Shown in pieces: positions 13,245-26,100 of a DNA stretch of 64,000 nt (positions are counted from its first letter, which is position 1; every line of letters begins with the position of its first letter). Source of the stretch: Lama glama (Eukaryota); the NCBI GenBank assembly GCA_028534125.1, contig CM052826.1, positions 14,198,001 to 14,262,000 of the forward strand. The letters are read 5' to 3'. Under the pieces are notes generated by a model. The model did no database searches, was not told the DNA's origin, and saw nothing but the letters and a program-made list of their open reading frames with translations. Made by a program: the position numbers and the translations under genes.

Positions 13245-14620
13245 GAACTATTTTTAAAAAGATAGGGGGAGATAGCTGTGACACCAAAGAGCAAGCCCCA
13301 TAAGATAAAAAATTGATGTTCCACCTCACCAGAATTAAGAACTACTTTTTGAAGGACACTGTTAAGAGAATGAAAAGACAAGCCATGGACTGGGAGAGAA
13401 TCTTTGCAAAACTCATCTGATAAAGTTCTTGTATTTGGAATATATGAAGAACTCTCAAAACACAATATTAAGAAGATGACCCAGTTTTTAAAAAGACATC
13501 CAAAATTTGTATAACTTCACCCCAAATATATAAGGATGGCAGATTAGTCCATGAGAAGATTCTTCACATCATTAGTCATTAGGGAAATGCAAGTTGAAAT
13601 CATGAGATACCACTTCACGCCTATGAGAATGGCTAAAATAAAAAACCTGACAATACTAAATCCTGACATGGATGGGGAGCAGCTAGAACTCTCCTTCATT
13701 GTTGGTGAAAATGCAAAATTGTGCAGCCACTCTGGAATACAGTCTGGCTGTTTCTCGTGAAGTGAAGCATGCATTTACTGTAGGACCCAGCAGTCTTACT
13801 CCTGGGAGTTTATCAGAAATGAAAACTCATGTCCACACAAAAACCTGCATGTGAATGTTTATAGCAGTTGATTCATTAGCTTTCACTGGAAATGACCCCA
13901 GTGTCCTTCGGTCTGCAAATGGTTGAACAGACTGTATAATATGGTGGTTTAATACTCAGCAGTAAAAAGGAATGAACTTTGGTGACAGCAACATGGATGT
14001 ATCTCAAAGACATTATGCTAAGTATTATGTGATCATCTGAATTGGGGCCCCCAATACATGTCCAGGTCTTAACCCCTGGAGCCTGTGAATGTGACCTTAT
14101 ATGGAGAAAAGGACTTTGCAAATGGGATTAAGTTAAGGAAGTTGATATGGAATTATCCTGGATTATCTGGATGGGCCCTAAAAGTGATCACAAGTGACCT
14201 AATAGGAGAGAGGCAGAGAGAGATTTAACACAGACAGAAGAAGAGAAGGCGATGTGACTANNNNNNNNNNNNNNNNNNNNNNNNNNNNNNNNNNNNNNNN
14301 NNNNNNNNNNNNNNNNNNNNNNNNNNNNNNNNNNNNNNNNNNNNNNNNNNNNNNNNNNNNNNNNNNNNNNNNNNNNNNNNNNNNNNNNNNNNNNNNNNCT
14401 AAAGATACTACTGATTGCAGACTTCTGGGCTCCAGGACCCAGAGAATACATTTCTGTTTTAAGCTACCAAGTTTGTGGTGATTTGTTGCACAGGGACAGG
14501 AAACTAACGGTATGATTCCATTTATGTGACCTTTGAGAAAAGGTGCATCTGTAGGGACAGAACACAGATTGGAAATCCCTAGGGTTGAGGGGAAAATTGG
14601 AGTACAGGCAGGCACGTGGG
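13245..14620 (+). mobile_element. L1 (L1M-type) ORF2 end and 3'UTR fragment, interrupted by MLT1
   Basis: aagagaatgaaaagacaagccatggactgggagagaatctttgcaaa; catcattagtcattagggaaatgcaa; degraded ORF 13551..13760 (IREMQVEIMRYHFTPMRMAKIK). Confidence 0.9.
14028..14508 (+). mobile_element. MLT1 (MaLR, MLT1C/D-like) solo LTR, contains an N-gap
   Basis: cctgtgaatgtgaccttatatgg...gggactttgca-like core; tttctgttttaagctaccaagtttgtggtgatttgtt...aggaaactaac. Confidence 0.85.
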
Positions 14621-16233
14621 AATTCCAGCAGAAAGGAGGGTGACCTGTCTAGCTCTAGCTGTGTTAATTTGCTGACCCAAGAAGAGCAAACAAAAAAGGT
14701 GTCGGGGCCAGTTTTAGCTGATTTGTATCTGTTTTTCTAATCCTCTAGATTTTTAAAAAATTTTTCCCTAAGCTTTCTGTGCACGTCCACGGCTTTAAAT
14801 AGAAATACTTGCTGTGCTGGCCACCATGTGGGTCCTCATTTACACCTGACTCATGGCCTTTATGTGTCCCTTCACATAATAATGAATAGTGCTGCCATTC
14901 TCCTCCTGGCCAAGGGGAGGGGCTGCTGGCCCGCCACGCCCTTGCTCTGCTGTGACCTCATCAAGTTAGTGTAGAACCTCTGTGTGTCTGCCTGGGTTTC
15001 CCAGCTCAGCCCTGAGCTGGCCATGCCCACTGAACTAATCTGGGCTTGTGGCCTAGGCCTTTCTCCCTGCCTGTGGTTCACAGAAATCGCCCCTCATGGT
15101 CCCAGAAACTGTCTAAACTCTCCACGGCCTCAGCATCCCACTTGGAACCTGCCAGGAAGTTGCAAGGAGAATTCCTGAAAGGCGTTTCCCAATCTTCTGT
15201 GCTTTACTGGAAATTGGGGGACAGTTGCCAGGAGGTCGGCAGCCAGGCCTTTTCTGGGGACTTAACCTCTCCCTTTGCTGGCCACACACTGCTCTGGAGA
15301 GGTTGGATCCCAGCTCTGCAAGATCGGCTCATAGGCTTCATTTGTGCTTTGTAGAATCAGAAAGACAAACTCTTTACGGAGGAGCAGAAGCCTTCCCTTC
15401 CGTCATTTTCCACAGGCACCTCTGCGTTATGGGGGTTTCAGGCCACAGGGAGCATGCTGCCCAGGCGCAGATGATACTGTACACAGTGGGCACTTCAGGA
15501 TGCTCCCCAGGCTCAGCTAATGGCAGGCATCCCGGGTCTGTGTCCAGGTCTGCCCTATTCTCAGTGGTCCTTCCACCTCCCCTGGCTCCATCCCTCTCCC
15601 CAGATGATGCACCGGCTCTGCGCTCACCATCCTCACCCCCTGTCCATCTGTGTGCCCAGGGTTGGGGGTGTCTTGTACTTGCCCACATTTTATTTTAAAC
15701 CTTTCACATGGGAATGTTCATGGGTGGATGGGACAGATGAGAGTAACGATTGTCCCCTTGCTGTCACTCAATCTCACCCTCTGAGCTTTGACCCATCTTG
15801 CCTCCACTCTTCCTTGTGCCCCCATCATCCCCCTGTTTTTGTTTGCTTGGTTTTGCTGGAGCATTTTTAGAACAACCCCAAATATCTTTTCATTTCACCT
15901 GAGGCTTTTTCAATGACTGTGTTGAATGTCAGCAGATGCAGACTTGTGTTTTTTAGACGTAGCCTCTGTGCAGCTCCGTGAGAGTGCTCAAGGCCCGGCC
16001 CCAGCCCCCTTGCTGGCTGTCTCTGCAGGTTCCTCACTGTGAGTAGGACCAGTGGCGGCCACACAGAGCCATGCGCGACATTCATGTCAAGTCTGTGGTC
16101 ATTTATAGCACTCCGCTCCTCTTCCCCTTTAGCCATTCATCTGTTGAAGAAACCAGTTCATTGGTCCTGTGGAATTTCCCACTTTCTGCTCTGACAATTA
16201 TTGTCCTCATTGCTTTCTGCCTGGCAGCGTTTA

Positions 16234-16413
16234 GCTCAGGGCTTCTCGGCCTTGGCTCCACTGGCGTCACTCTGTGGTGGGACCATCCTGTGCACCGTGG
16301 TGTGTTGGGCAGAGTCCCTGGCCTCCACCCCTGGCGACCAAGCCACAACATCCAAAAATGTGTCCGGACATCGCCAGTGTCCTCTGAGGCAGAATCACCC
16401 AGTTGAGAACCAC
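16234..16413. mobile_element. MER20 (hAT-Charlie) DNA transposon
   Basis: cctgtgcaccgtggtgtgtt...ccctggcctccaccc...ccaaaaatgtgtccggacatcgccagtgtcctctg...cccagttgagaaccac. Confidence 0.8.
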
Positions 16414-17929
16414 AAGTGTAACTCGATGCCTTACCCACTGCACTTCCTATAAACTGGTTGCTAGACCTAGAGGTGGATTTCATAAGCCACTTCCTGTTGT
16501 TTCATCCTCGACGTGCTCTTCTCTATGGGGAGAGATAAGGGGATTTCAGCCACTGCAAGGTTCCTCCTTGTCCTCACCCCATCTTAGGGAAGAGGGGTCT
16601 CAGGCCAGTGTTCACTCCTTCTCCCTCAGGAACGCCTGTTCCCCTGACCGCTTCTGTCCTGTGCCCGCCCCATTTTTTTCTTACAGATATCAACATCTTC
16701 ATTACACGGATTTCCTCATCCAAGTTATGTCCTCCTGTTGAGGGGCTACCTGGGGGCCGAGTGACTGCAGGGCGTGGACGCCCAGGCCCGGCTCTGTTTG
16801 AGGCCTCCCTGCTGCCCACCCCTGCCAGGCCTCCCAGCTCAGCCCTGGGCTCTCAGCTAAAGCACGGCACAAGCAGTGACACTTGTCTCAAGAGGCTCCT
16901 GGTCTCATCTTCAGTGCACCGCTAACAGGAGATGCCATTCTGCTACTCAGGGGCCTGACAGGGCCAGCGTGGGGTTGGTGGCCTGCAGCTCAGGAGGCAC
17001 TGCCCTGCGCAGCTTGGCCTCAGAGGAAGGGGTGCCCTGTGAGCCTACATTGTGAGCAACACGAGCCCTCAAGAGGGTCTGAGGAGACTAAGCACGTCGT
17101 GTGTGATGTTGCCTGCCTGAAGTGTAGCCCACACAAGTACCAAGTGTGACGAGCATGGAGAGTTGTGTTGTGCCTGGGGAGCATCCTGGGAAGTTACATT
17201 ACCTGGTGACTTGCTAGTCACAGCTGGGGACCGACCCAAAAGCTGCCAAGGAGACAGAGAAGTGGACAGTGCCCTCGCTGATCTATTAGGCCCTCCTGGT
17301 CCCCAGACAGGTAGACGAGGTAGCAGGGTGGCGGGGTACCCCTAACAAGTGGTGTATCCCTGACCCTGTGGGCAGACAGCCCCTGCAGGGAGCAGCCGGC
17401 CAGAAGGCAGGGAAGGACCATGTGCATGGTGAGCCCATGCACTGCCAGGGCACCCCAATTGCTGAGGGCCAGGCCAGGCCAGGTGGGTCTAGAGGGCAGT
17501 CCTCGCTGCCTGCAGTCCAGCTCAGTTCTCTGCTTCATGTCCCTCACCACTCACACTGTACCTCTTACTTATTCCTTTCATGTGCAGTCACGGCTACGTG
17601 GTGTTCTGTGTCCAGCTGTCTCACTCTGCATGCCATGTTCTGTGAGGCATGGCCTGGGACCCTCGGGGCTCAGAAAGTACCCCCTGAGTGCAGTACAACC
17701 AGGACAGGGATGCACATTCATCACATCCAGCAGGCAAATGTCTGTCTGTTCCATGCCCTTAGAGCTGAGGTGTGGGGAGGTCAGGGTCAGCTCTGGCGCT
17801 AGAAGGCCAAGCCCTCCCAGTTAACCTCCTGCAGTGGGTCAGACAGTGTTGAGACCCTAGGACAGTCTGCTCCCCTCCCCCCCTCCTCATCCTTGCACCT
17901 CGCTGCCACCCATTTAGTGCTGCACATCC

Positions 17930-19050
17930 AAACCCTGTGTTTCATTATTGTTATTTATGCCTTAAACTGTCAGTTATCTTTTAGAGAAACATACTGAGAA
18001 AAAGGTTTCATATTCATACATGTTCACCTTAACTCGTCACTCTTTGTCCTTTATGCAGATCTACCTGTCCAACTGGTGTTACTTTCCCTCCTAAGGAACT
18101 TCTAGAACCTTCCATGTAATACAGATCTGTTACTAGCAGGTTCTCTCAGCCTTTGAACAAGTCTTTGTCACCTTCTCTTTTCACTGAATGTGAAATTCTA
18201 GGTTGACAGTGTTCTTTCCTCAATATTTTAAAGATGTCCTTCCATGATCTCTGATCTTGTTTCTAACACTTGGTCTCTTGAGTCTTATCTTTGCTTCTCT
18301 GTTTGTGGTGCCTCAAACAGCAGCTGCACTGATTTGCTTACATTGTGCTCCAGCCTGGTTCTTTGTTTCCTGCTGGAGCTTCTTAGATCTGTGGATTTAT
18401 AGTATTCATCACATTTAGGAATTTGGGGACATTATTTCTTTGGGATTCCAATTATACATGTATTGGATTTCTTAGTACTCGCCCACATTTCACCAAAGCT
18501 TGTCATCAGATTCACTGATCTTTTCTTCCACAGTGTCTAATTTTAATCCTGCCCAGTGAGTTTTTCATCCAGATACTTCATTTCTCAGCTCAAGAAGTTC
18601 CATGTGGCTCTCCTTTGTTACTGCATATTCCTCTTCTCATCAGTTCAAGTTTCCCTTTAAGCCCTTGAATATTTTAAATAGTTGCTTTAAATATTTAGAA
18701 TAGTTGCTCTAAAGTGGACCCTTTGTCTGGTAATTCCATCATGTCTGTCCTTTCTGAGTTTGTTTCCATTGACTGATTTTTCTCCTGGGTTAAGGGTCAC
18801 ATTTTCCTGCAGCTTTCACATGTCTGGAGGTTTGGGGTTTTGCATGCTGAGTGTTGTAGATTCCATGGGATTGTGTGCTGGATTTTGTTATCTCTTCTTG
18901 AAGCATGTTAGTTCTGCAGGCTGCTGGCTGCTGGCTGCTGGCAAGCAGTTTGGTTAACAGTGGATCAGCTCACCCTGGGGAAGCTTATTTTTGAGATTTC
19001 TTATTAAGGGGAATAGAAGAGAAGCCTTTACCTGAGGACTAGTTTAGTTC
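17930..19050 (-). mobile_element. Old L1 fragment, antisense (approximate limits)
   Basis: AT/T-rich block with gaaattctaggttgacag, gagcttcttagatctgtggatt, gggattccaattatacatgtatt, ggtcacattttcctgc. Confidence 0.7.
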
Positions 19051-20869
19051 CACTGTTGAATAGGGTACAGAAAGGATGCCTCTGGGCTGGCTGTGTATGG
19101 CATCTTCCAGCCCATGTTCCTGGACTTGGGGCCCCACCTTGGGGAGAGTCCTAGAGTCTTCCTGGGCAGCAGCTTGAGGTTCTGTGCAGGCCCCAGGAGC
19201 AGCCCCTCTGCACTGCCCCTGCCTTCATGGGCCTCTGCCCACATTGACCAGTTCCTTCAGGCTCCCTTGGCCATTTTCCGTTCTTTCAGGCATCTCTGGC
19301 CAGTGCTGCCTGCATTTGAAAGCATTGTTGAGTGTTTTGTCCAGCACCCTAGTTGTCGCCAGTGAGCGCTTGTCTGATTCCAGGTAGTCTGTTTGGCCCT
19401 GATGTAGGCACTTGCTTGTGAAGGAACCAAGAGGATTCTATGGGACAGCTGTCTATCTGTCCATTCACCTTTCCATCCATCTAGCCTTGGCTCAGGTGGC
19501 CTTCCAGTAGTGGAAAGGCCAGCCCCTTCTAAGTGGAGTGGGGGACATGAATCACTGGCCTGAACATCAAAATCTCCAGACAGAAGGCTGGAGGTGACTG
19601 CAGCAGATCTGGCTGTGTCCTCCTGGGGTCAGCCTACAAGTCCCTGAAGGGCTCAGAGAAAGGAGGCTACCAGTGTGTGTACCACCCAGAGCAGAGAACC
19701 TGCACCTTGGAGGTGGTAGGTGGGGTTAAATCCTGGCTCCTTGTGGGTTTGGGTGAGTCACTTGATTCTCTGTGATACTTGAGGTTTGTGGTGGAGTTTA
19801 GCGATAATAAGCCTAAGATGAAGCTCTCAGCCCATGGCCTGCACAGTGTGTTCCTAGATACTGTGTTCCCTGGTCCCGTGGTGTCCCCTCCATCCTCCTC
19901 AGGATGGCTCTGGGTCCCGAGCCTTCATCAACCATGGAAGCTATCAAGGGAAATGCAGGTGTGCTCTTTCCCGGGGATTCTGGATGTTTGGCTTTCGATG
20001 TGCGCTGCCTGCAGGAGTTTAGAAGTTGCTGGCCTGGGGCCTTGTGGCTGCTCTGCCCAAGTTTCCCTAGAGCCTTTGTGGACAGCCAGCATCAGACCAG
20101 CAGGCCTTCCTGTGCTGCCCGGCATGCAGTGCTGCTGCTACAGACAGCCCCGCAGCCACTCCTCCCACCAACCCACTGGCCACCCACCAGAGTCAGGCGC
20201 AGGCCTCTGATGGGTGGGGCTTGTGTCCTGAATGCACCCAGTGGACACCCGACAACCCCCAAGTGAGGGTCCCCATTGGCGCCCACCATAGCTTGCTGGT
20301 CAGAGCAGAAAGAAGCCCAGATGGTCCTCTGCCTTGTTCAACAGCAGAGGAAGGAAGTGGGGCCATGTCCCCAGGTGCTGAGAGCCACTTCTGTCAATGT
20401 GACCTACCCATGCATCAGGGTTTCCAGAGGGGCCCACAGCACTCAAGGTTCCCCTCAGCCTGCCTGTCTCGCTCAGAACCTGACTCAGGGAAGGGAGAGA
20501 GCTGGTGAGTTATCCTGCAGCCAACTTTGTTCCAGTAGGTTCCAAGAGGTGGCAGGGCTGAAAGCACTGTGAGTCATTCAAATGAAATGTATCTGCTTCA
20601 CAGTAAACACCTGCGAACTGGTAGGATGCTGTCTGCCCTGTGCTGATGCCGGGCAGGGTGGCTTTGCCTCAGCATTGTCTTTGCTGTGTACTTGTCTTCG
20701 GTTTCCCTTCCAGCCACTTTACATCACCTTGCACTGAACATAGTTAACAGGTGGGAGTCTCTCCCCTGCCTGTTCAGGAGTTCTCCATATATTCAGGTGA
20801 TGGTGCTCAAAGTCCACGGGAGGCTTCAGAGAAAGACCCTTCTGCGCCTGAGGGCAGGGCATTCTGCAG

Positions 20870-21510
20870 GTGCCGTTTACAGCCCATAGAACTTACCTGT
20901 CTTAGGTATATAGTCTGTGTTAATATTCCACCCAAGCAGTTTCCTCCAGCCTGTTTGCAGCCACTCCCCATTCCCAGGCACTCACTGATCTGTCTTTAGT
21001 TTTGCGTTTTCTGGAAATTTATATAGATGGAATCATACAACGCTTGGTGTAATATGTTGGGCTACTTTCACTGAGCCGACGGCTTTGAGTTTGTGCCTGT
21101 TGTGTCCAGCAGGAGTTTGTCCTTTTTTATTTCTGGGTAATATTCTGTTATTTTTTTTCTGATGGACGTTTGGGCTGTTGCTACTTTTTGGATAGTAAGA
21201 ATAATTCTTCTCTGCACATTTATGTATAAGTTTTTGTGCAGACATGTATTTCCATTTCTCTTGGGTATATCCCTAAGAGTAGAATTGCTGGGTCATGTGG
21301 TAACTCTGTGTTTATTAGCCTTTTAAGAAACTGCCACACTCTTTTCTACAGAGGCTGCACCTTGTATGCTCCCACCAGCAAGGTACGGCAGCTCTGGGCT
21401 GTTGTCTTTTTTCCTTTAGCTTTTCTGATAGGTTTGTGGTATTGCCCTGCGCATTCTGCACCTCACTGATGAGTGGTAGCTTCTCACATGCTCATTGGCC
21501 ACCTGCAGGT
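20870..21510 (-). mobile_element. L1M 3' end fragment, antisense
   Basis: ttttctggaaatttatatagatggaatcataca; tttctcttgggtatatccctaagagtagaattgctgggtcatgtggtaactctgtgttt. Confidence 0.8.
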
Positions 21511-23054
21511 CTTTGTTTTAATCTCTGTCATTAACCCAGTTCCAAGCAGAGGTGACTTAAATGTTGCATCTCCAAAGGCCCAGCTAGGCGGAGCCCCCAC
21601 GGATGCTGCTCCTATTATTCTCTGAAAGCAGCCCAGGCAGTGGTCTCCTTGTGGTGGTGGGGCAGGTCATCCTGAGCCTGCTTTCACGGGAGCCTGGCCC
21701 CTGTCTCAGCAGCACAGTGGCCCTTGCCTGCAAGGGCTGGTTCGAAGTCCTGGAGCAGCACAAGAGATTGGAGGGCATCCCGTGTCTGCCCAGCTGGTGG
21801 TGAAGGGTGATGTGCTTTGAAAGTGTGGGGTGGTTTCTGGGGTGTCAGATCCCATGGAGGTAAGTGCTGGAGCTCAGTGTGACCTCTCAGGTCTGCTCTA
21901 GATGGCAGAGTCCTTGGAGATTCTTGGTAAAAGGCAGGGGGCTCCTGGTAAATGAAGTGGGGTGAGCATGTGACCCACATGGTCCAAGCTGGCTGAGCCC
22001 TGTCTCCCTCACACGCCTGCATCCCTCGGCCCAGTGGCTGATGGAGCCATGGGCACTGAGAGGCCAGCCTGCCCACTGGTTGGTTCTCTCCGTGTGTATG
22101 AAGCTACCCCACCCAGCGAGGGCCTGTGGTGGGACCGGACATTCTGGGTGGGGAACAGATAGGTACCCACTCCAGACACTGAGAGAGGCATATGTGGACC
22201 ATGTAGGAGAGCCTCCCCTCACTCAGGCTGGGGCTGGGGTGGTGGCCCAAGAGGTGGACTCTGATGGAGGTGGGAGAGCCCAAGACCTCAGCTGCTGGGT
22301 GAAGGAAACTGGGGAAGATAACAGGTGCAGAGGTGGGTTTGGGCCATGTGGGTTTGGGAGCTGGAGGAGGGGTTTGTGGTGACAAACCAGCACCATGCTG
22401 TGGGGTGATGTCTGCTACGCAGAAGGTGGGTACTCAGGGCCCCAAGATAGATGAGAAAGAGAGGTGCAACCCTCCATCTGGATCCATGTTCTTTCTAAAA
22501 TTCCACCAGAAGGCTGATCTCCAAATAGCTAAAGCTTAACTTATTTTGAGTTTTTTAATGTATTTTTTCTTGTGACATTTGGAAATTCCGCCGCCCCAAG
22601 TGCAGTGGCAAGCTGCTCTGAAGCTGTGGCGGGAGAGCTGGATAGGCATTGGGCTCTATCCTGCCAAGGTGTTGGTGGAGGGAGTGTCACCCCATCAGCC
22701 TGTTTCACAGCCAGTGGTGCTCATCCATCCCAGTTCTGTTCCCGAGAGGTTGTCTCTGAGGCAGGACAGCCTGGGCTGGTGTTGGTTTGGGGAGAAGGGT
22801 GAGGAGCTGCCCATTGTTGTGTCTTCATTCTTGCCTCTTGTGTACCTCCAGCCCTGGCCCCTGTGCCATCTGAGGAACTCCTGTTGATCCTTCAAAACCC
22901 TGCTCCAGTGACCTCTCTGTAATTTTCAACATATATGTGTTTTTTTCTCACCCCTTCTGAAAACAGTCTTTATCCTGCTCCTTGTATGACTGGGAAGTGA
23001 GTCTTTGCATTTCCAGATAGCTTTACTGACATTTCCCATCTTGCTTTTTTGCAG

Positions 23055-23102
23055 GATTCTGTTTCTCTGAGACCTTCAATCCGATTTCAAGGAAGTCAAG
23101 GG
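23055..23102 (+). CDS. ELL: ELL exon 2 (48 nt, [16 protein letters not shown])
   Basis: ttttttgcag| ... |gtaagt, phase 0/0. Confidence 0.95.
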
Positions 23103-26100
23103 GTAAGTCTTTCTTGTCTTAATCATGTTTAGAATTCTGGAACTGGTGTGCTCCCTGCCCTGTGTCCCTGGGCACAGCAGCAGGCTGGAAGCAGTGTATT
23201 AGCCCCATCCACCTCTGTGCCAGGCCAGGCCCTGTTCTGAGCCAAAGTCTGCCTCTGGTTGTCTCCAGGTCGGTCCCGTGGCCAGGGCCACACCAAACAG
23301 GCCATCTGTTGCTGAAGGCAGCTTTCCTTTCCAGCAGCCCCTGAGTCTCCCACTTGCTTCCTTTAGCCTCCAAACCCCTGTTCTGACCTGATCTCTGTGG
23401 TGATTCGAAATGGTGTCCCCAGAACCCAAGGTGGGCTGGAGCTGTGGCCTCCGCAGGGTGGGGCACTTGTCTCCATCAGTGAACCCAGGACCATGGGTGT
23501 TTGTCTGGCTTTTGGTACTAGGCCAGAGGGGTATAGGAACTCAGCACCCTCAGTTTTTTCCTGAAAGGGACTTCATTCTAAATGATCATCTTACAAAAAA
23601 ATTGGAGAATAAACAAAAGGGCAGGTTGTCCACAGTCATTGCCCCCCAAGTCTAAGGACTCCTGTGTCCTCCACCCACCAAAGGTGCTTTGGAACACTTT
23701 AGTTTTTCCTTCTAGTCTTTATTGCAAGTCTTTTTTTTTTTTCCTAAGGAGTTGTCGCATATGTCTAAGTCAGTTTCCACCTGGCAGCCTGCTGGCTTCT
23801 TATAGAACCAGGGAGATCTGTGGGTTTCATTCCAGCCAGGACACTCCAGAGACACAGAACCTCTAGGAGATACATGTCTGTGTGCACAGATACATTGATA
23901 CTAAGAGCTTTATTGCAAGACATTGGCTTATGCAATTGTGGGGCTAATGAGTCTGAAATCCATAGGGCAGGCAGGAGCTGGCATCCAAGCCCATTGGTGA
24001 GCTTCTTCCTCCTCAGGGAAGCCTCAGTTTCCTTCTAAAGGCCTTTAGCTGATTGGATGAGGCCCACCGAGACCATCGAGGGTCATCTTGTTTACTTAAA
24101 ATCAGCTGGTTGTGGATGTTACCACATCTGCAGAGTGCCTCCCAGAATAGCGTTCATAGAGTCACAAGGGGTGTGGTCTGGCCAGGTGGACACATGAGCA
24201 GACCATGACACCACGACCAGTCAAGGTCGGTGAGATGCCCTTAAAGGCCCCAGACCCCCACCCCCTGGTGCCTTCTTTAGGGCATCTGCACTTTCACTGG
24301 TCCCATCAGGGTCTTCTTGTGGTCACCCTTTGCAGCCTCCAGCTTATCTTCCCTGAGACATTTCCCCCTCAGGTTGGAAGTTGGTGTTGGAGGCGGGGCT
24401 TGCCTGGCTTTGCTGTCAGGCTGGCCCACTGGTGCCCTCTTGTGGCCCATGATCACACCATGCCCTCAGCAGTCATGGGAAGATGGGGAAGCCAGTGCGT
24501 TCATTTACCCAGTGAGCGATGCTTTCTGGTCAGCAAGACATCACAGAAGCACCATGAGGTTTTCCAGGGCTATACCCTGTGTCACTCAAATTCCTGTGTA
24601 AAACCTGAGAGCCACATCCATTGAAGTTAGGGGTCCCAACATCTTAGTTTTAGAGCTTTGCCTACATTTTTTCCTTCGGAGCGTTCTCATATGTAATGGA
24701 GTTCCTAGAAAGTTCTGAGGGTGTGGAGGCCCTGTGCTGCAGCTCCAGGCAAGCCAGGCTGTGAGTCTCCACAAAGAGGCAATTCCCCGTATCAACCTGT
24801 GTGAGGACTGGAGGGGGCCATGTGGCTAGCTTGCTGTGAAGGATCATGGGCTAAGTTTGCCCCTTAGGACCTTTGGACCTTGTCCTTCTCCTCCTGGACA
24901 TTGATGGAACATGACCCTGCCTCCCTGCCAGATATGAGAGGCCTGGCCTGGTGCCAGGTGTACCACAAATGCTGTCCTGGCCAGGCCACGTCTGCACAGT
25001 TACTCAGATCCGCATTGGGGAGGAGGCAGGGCACCCACTTCTCCTAGTTGCTCTGCTGTGTGCCCACAGCTTGGCCTGTGTGTTCCCGAGAAGTGAGGAA
25101 GGGGGTTTTGCTCTGTGCACTCCACCTACAAGTGGGAATAGAGCAGGAGGCCAGTGAAATAGGGCAGACAGGGAAGCAGGAGACTGGTGCAGTGGGGCTG
25201 GGCCAAGGATCATTCAGTATTCGTGGTGCTTGGGCTGATTTGATGTTCTGGACTCCATGTAGGATGGCAGGGACCCACTTCCCAGAGGCTCCTGAAGCTG
25301 ACTGACTGAAGATTGAGACTCCATTTGTATGCTCCTTGGCTCGAGTACCTTGGCCGGTTCTTCTCCCTCTGTCTTTTGGCCTCCCCGCGCTGGAGATGGG
25401 CCGTCCCCCTCAAGGGTTGTTTGTGGGTTAGCATGGCCTTAGGAGAACCAGTCCCCTCTCTGCAGTCCAGAAGGCGCTCACTTAGTTCCTACGCGCGCCT
25501 CCCCATCTGATGGGAGTGCAGTACAGCCAGTGTAGGATCTCCGTGTCGCTCAGCTCCTGGGTGGGCGCTGCATTCGGCCCAGCCACCTCCCCACCTGTGC
25601 TGTGAGTGCCATGAGGGCTGGGCCTTGGTGGTGTGCAGCTGGGCCCTGGTGTTGGCTGGTGCCCTGGAGTGACTGCATGGCATTTGCCAGGTTCCCTGGA
25701 GAGCCTGCCCCCTCCTGTAGCATGTCCAGCCTCAAGGGTGTCGTCTGTGGAGCAAAGCCTCACTTGTGTTTTGTTTGCCGGGTACATGTGTGCGTTTGTG
25801 TTCCCTGCCCTCTCATAGATACTGAGCTGGCTGATCTGGGTCCCTCCGCCATCAGGGGTCACTTCTGAGTTGTTAACGCCTGACAGCTGGTGAAGCGTCA
25901 GCCTTCAGAGGGGAAAAGAAACCCCCACCTGGCCGGCCCTACCCCAGCATCTTTAGTTGATAAAAAAAGAGAGTTGGCATCCAAGGCTGTTCAGTGTCTC
26001 AGCATTTCCATTTGCCTCAGCAGGAGCCCAACCTGCAGTTTCTAGAACGAGGTTGGGTGGCACTTGTCAAAGGCCTTGACTGGCATCTGTCTGTGATCTA

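Noticed and set aside
13551-13760. Active L1 ORF2
   Set aside because: Short degraded 3' fragment with stops and frameshifts, interrupted by MLT1.
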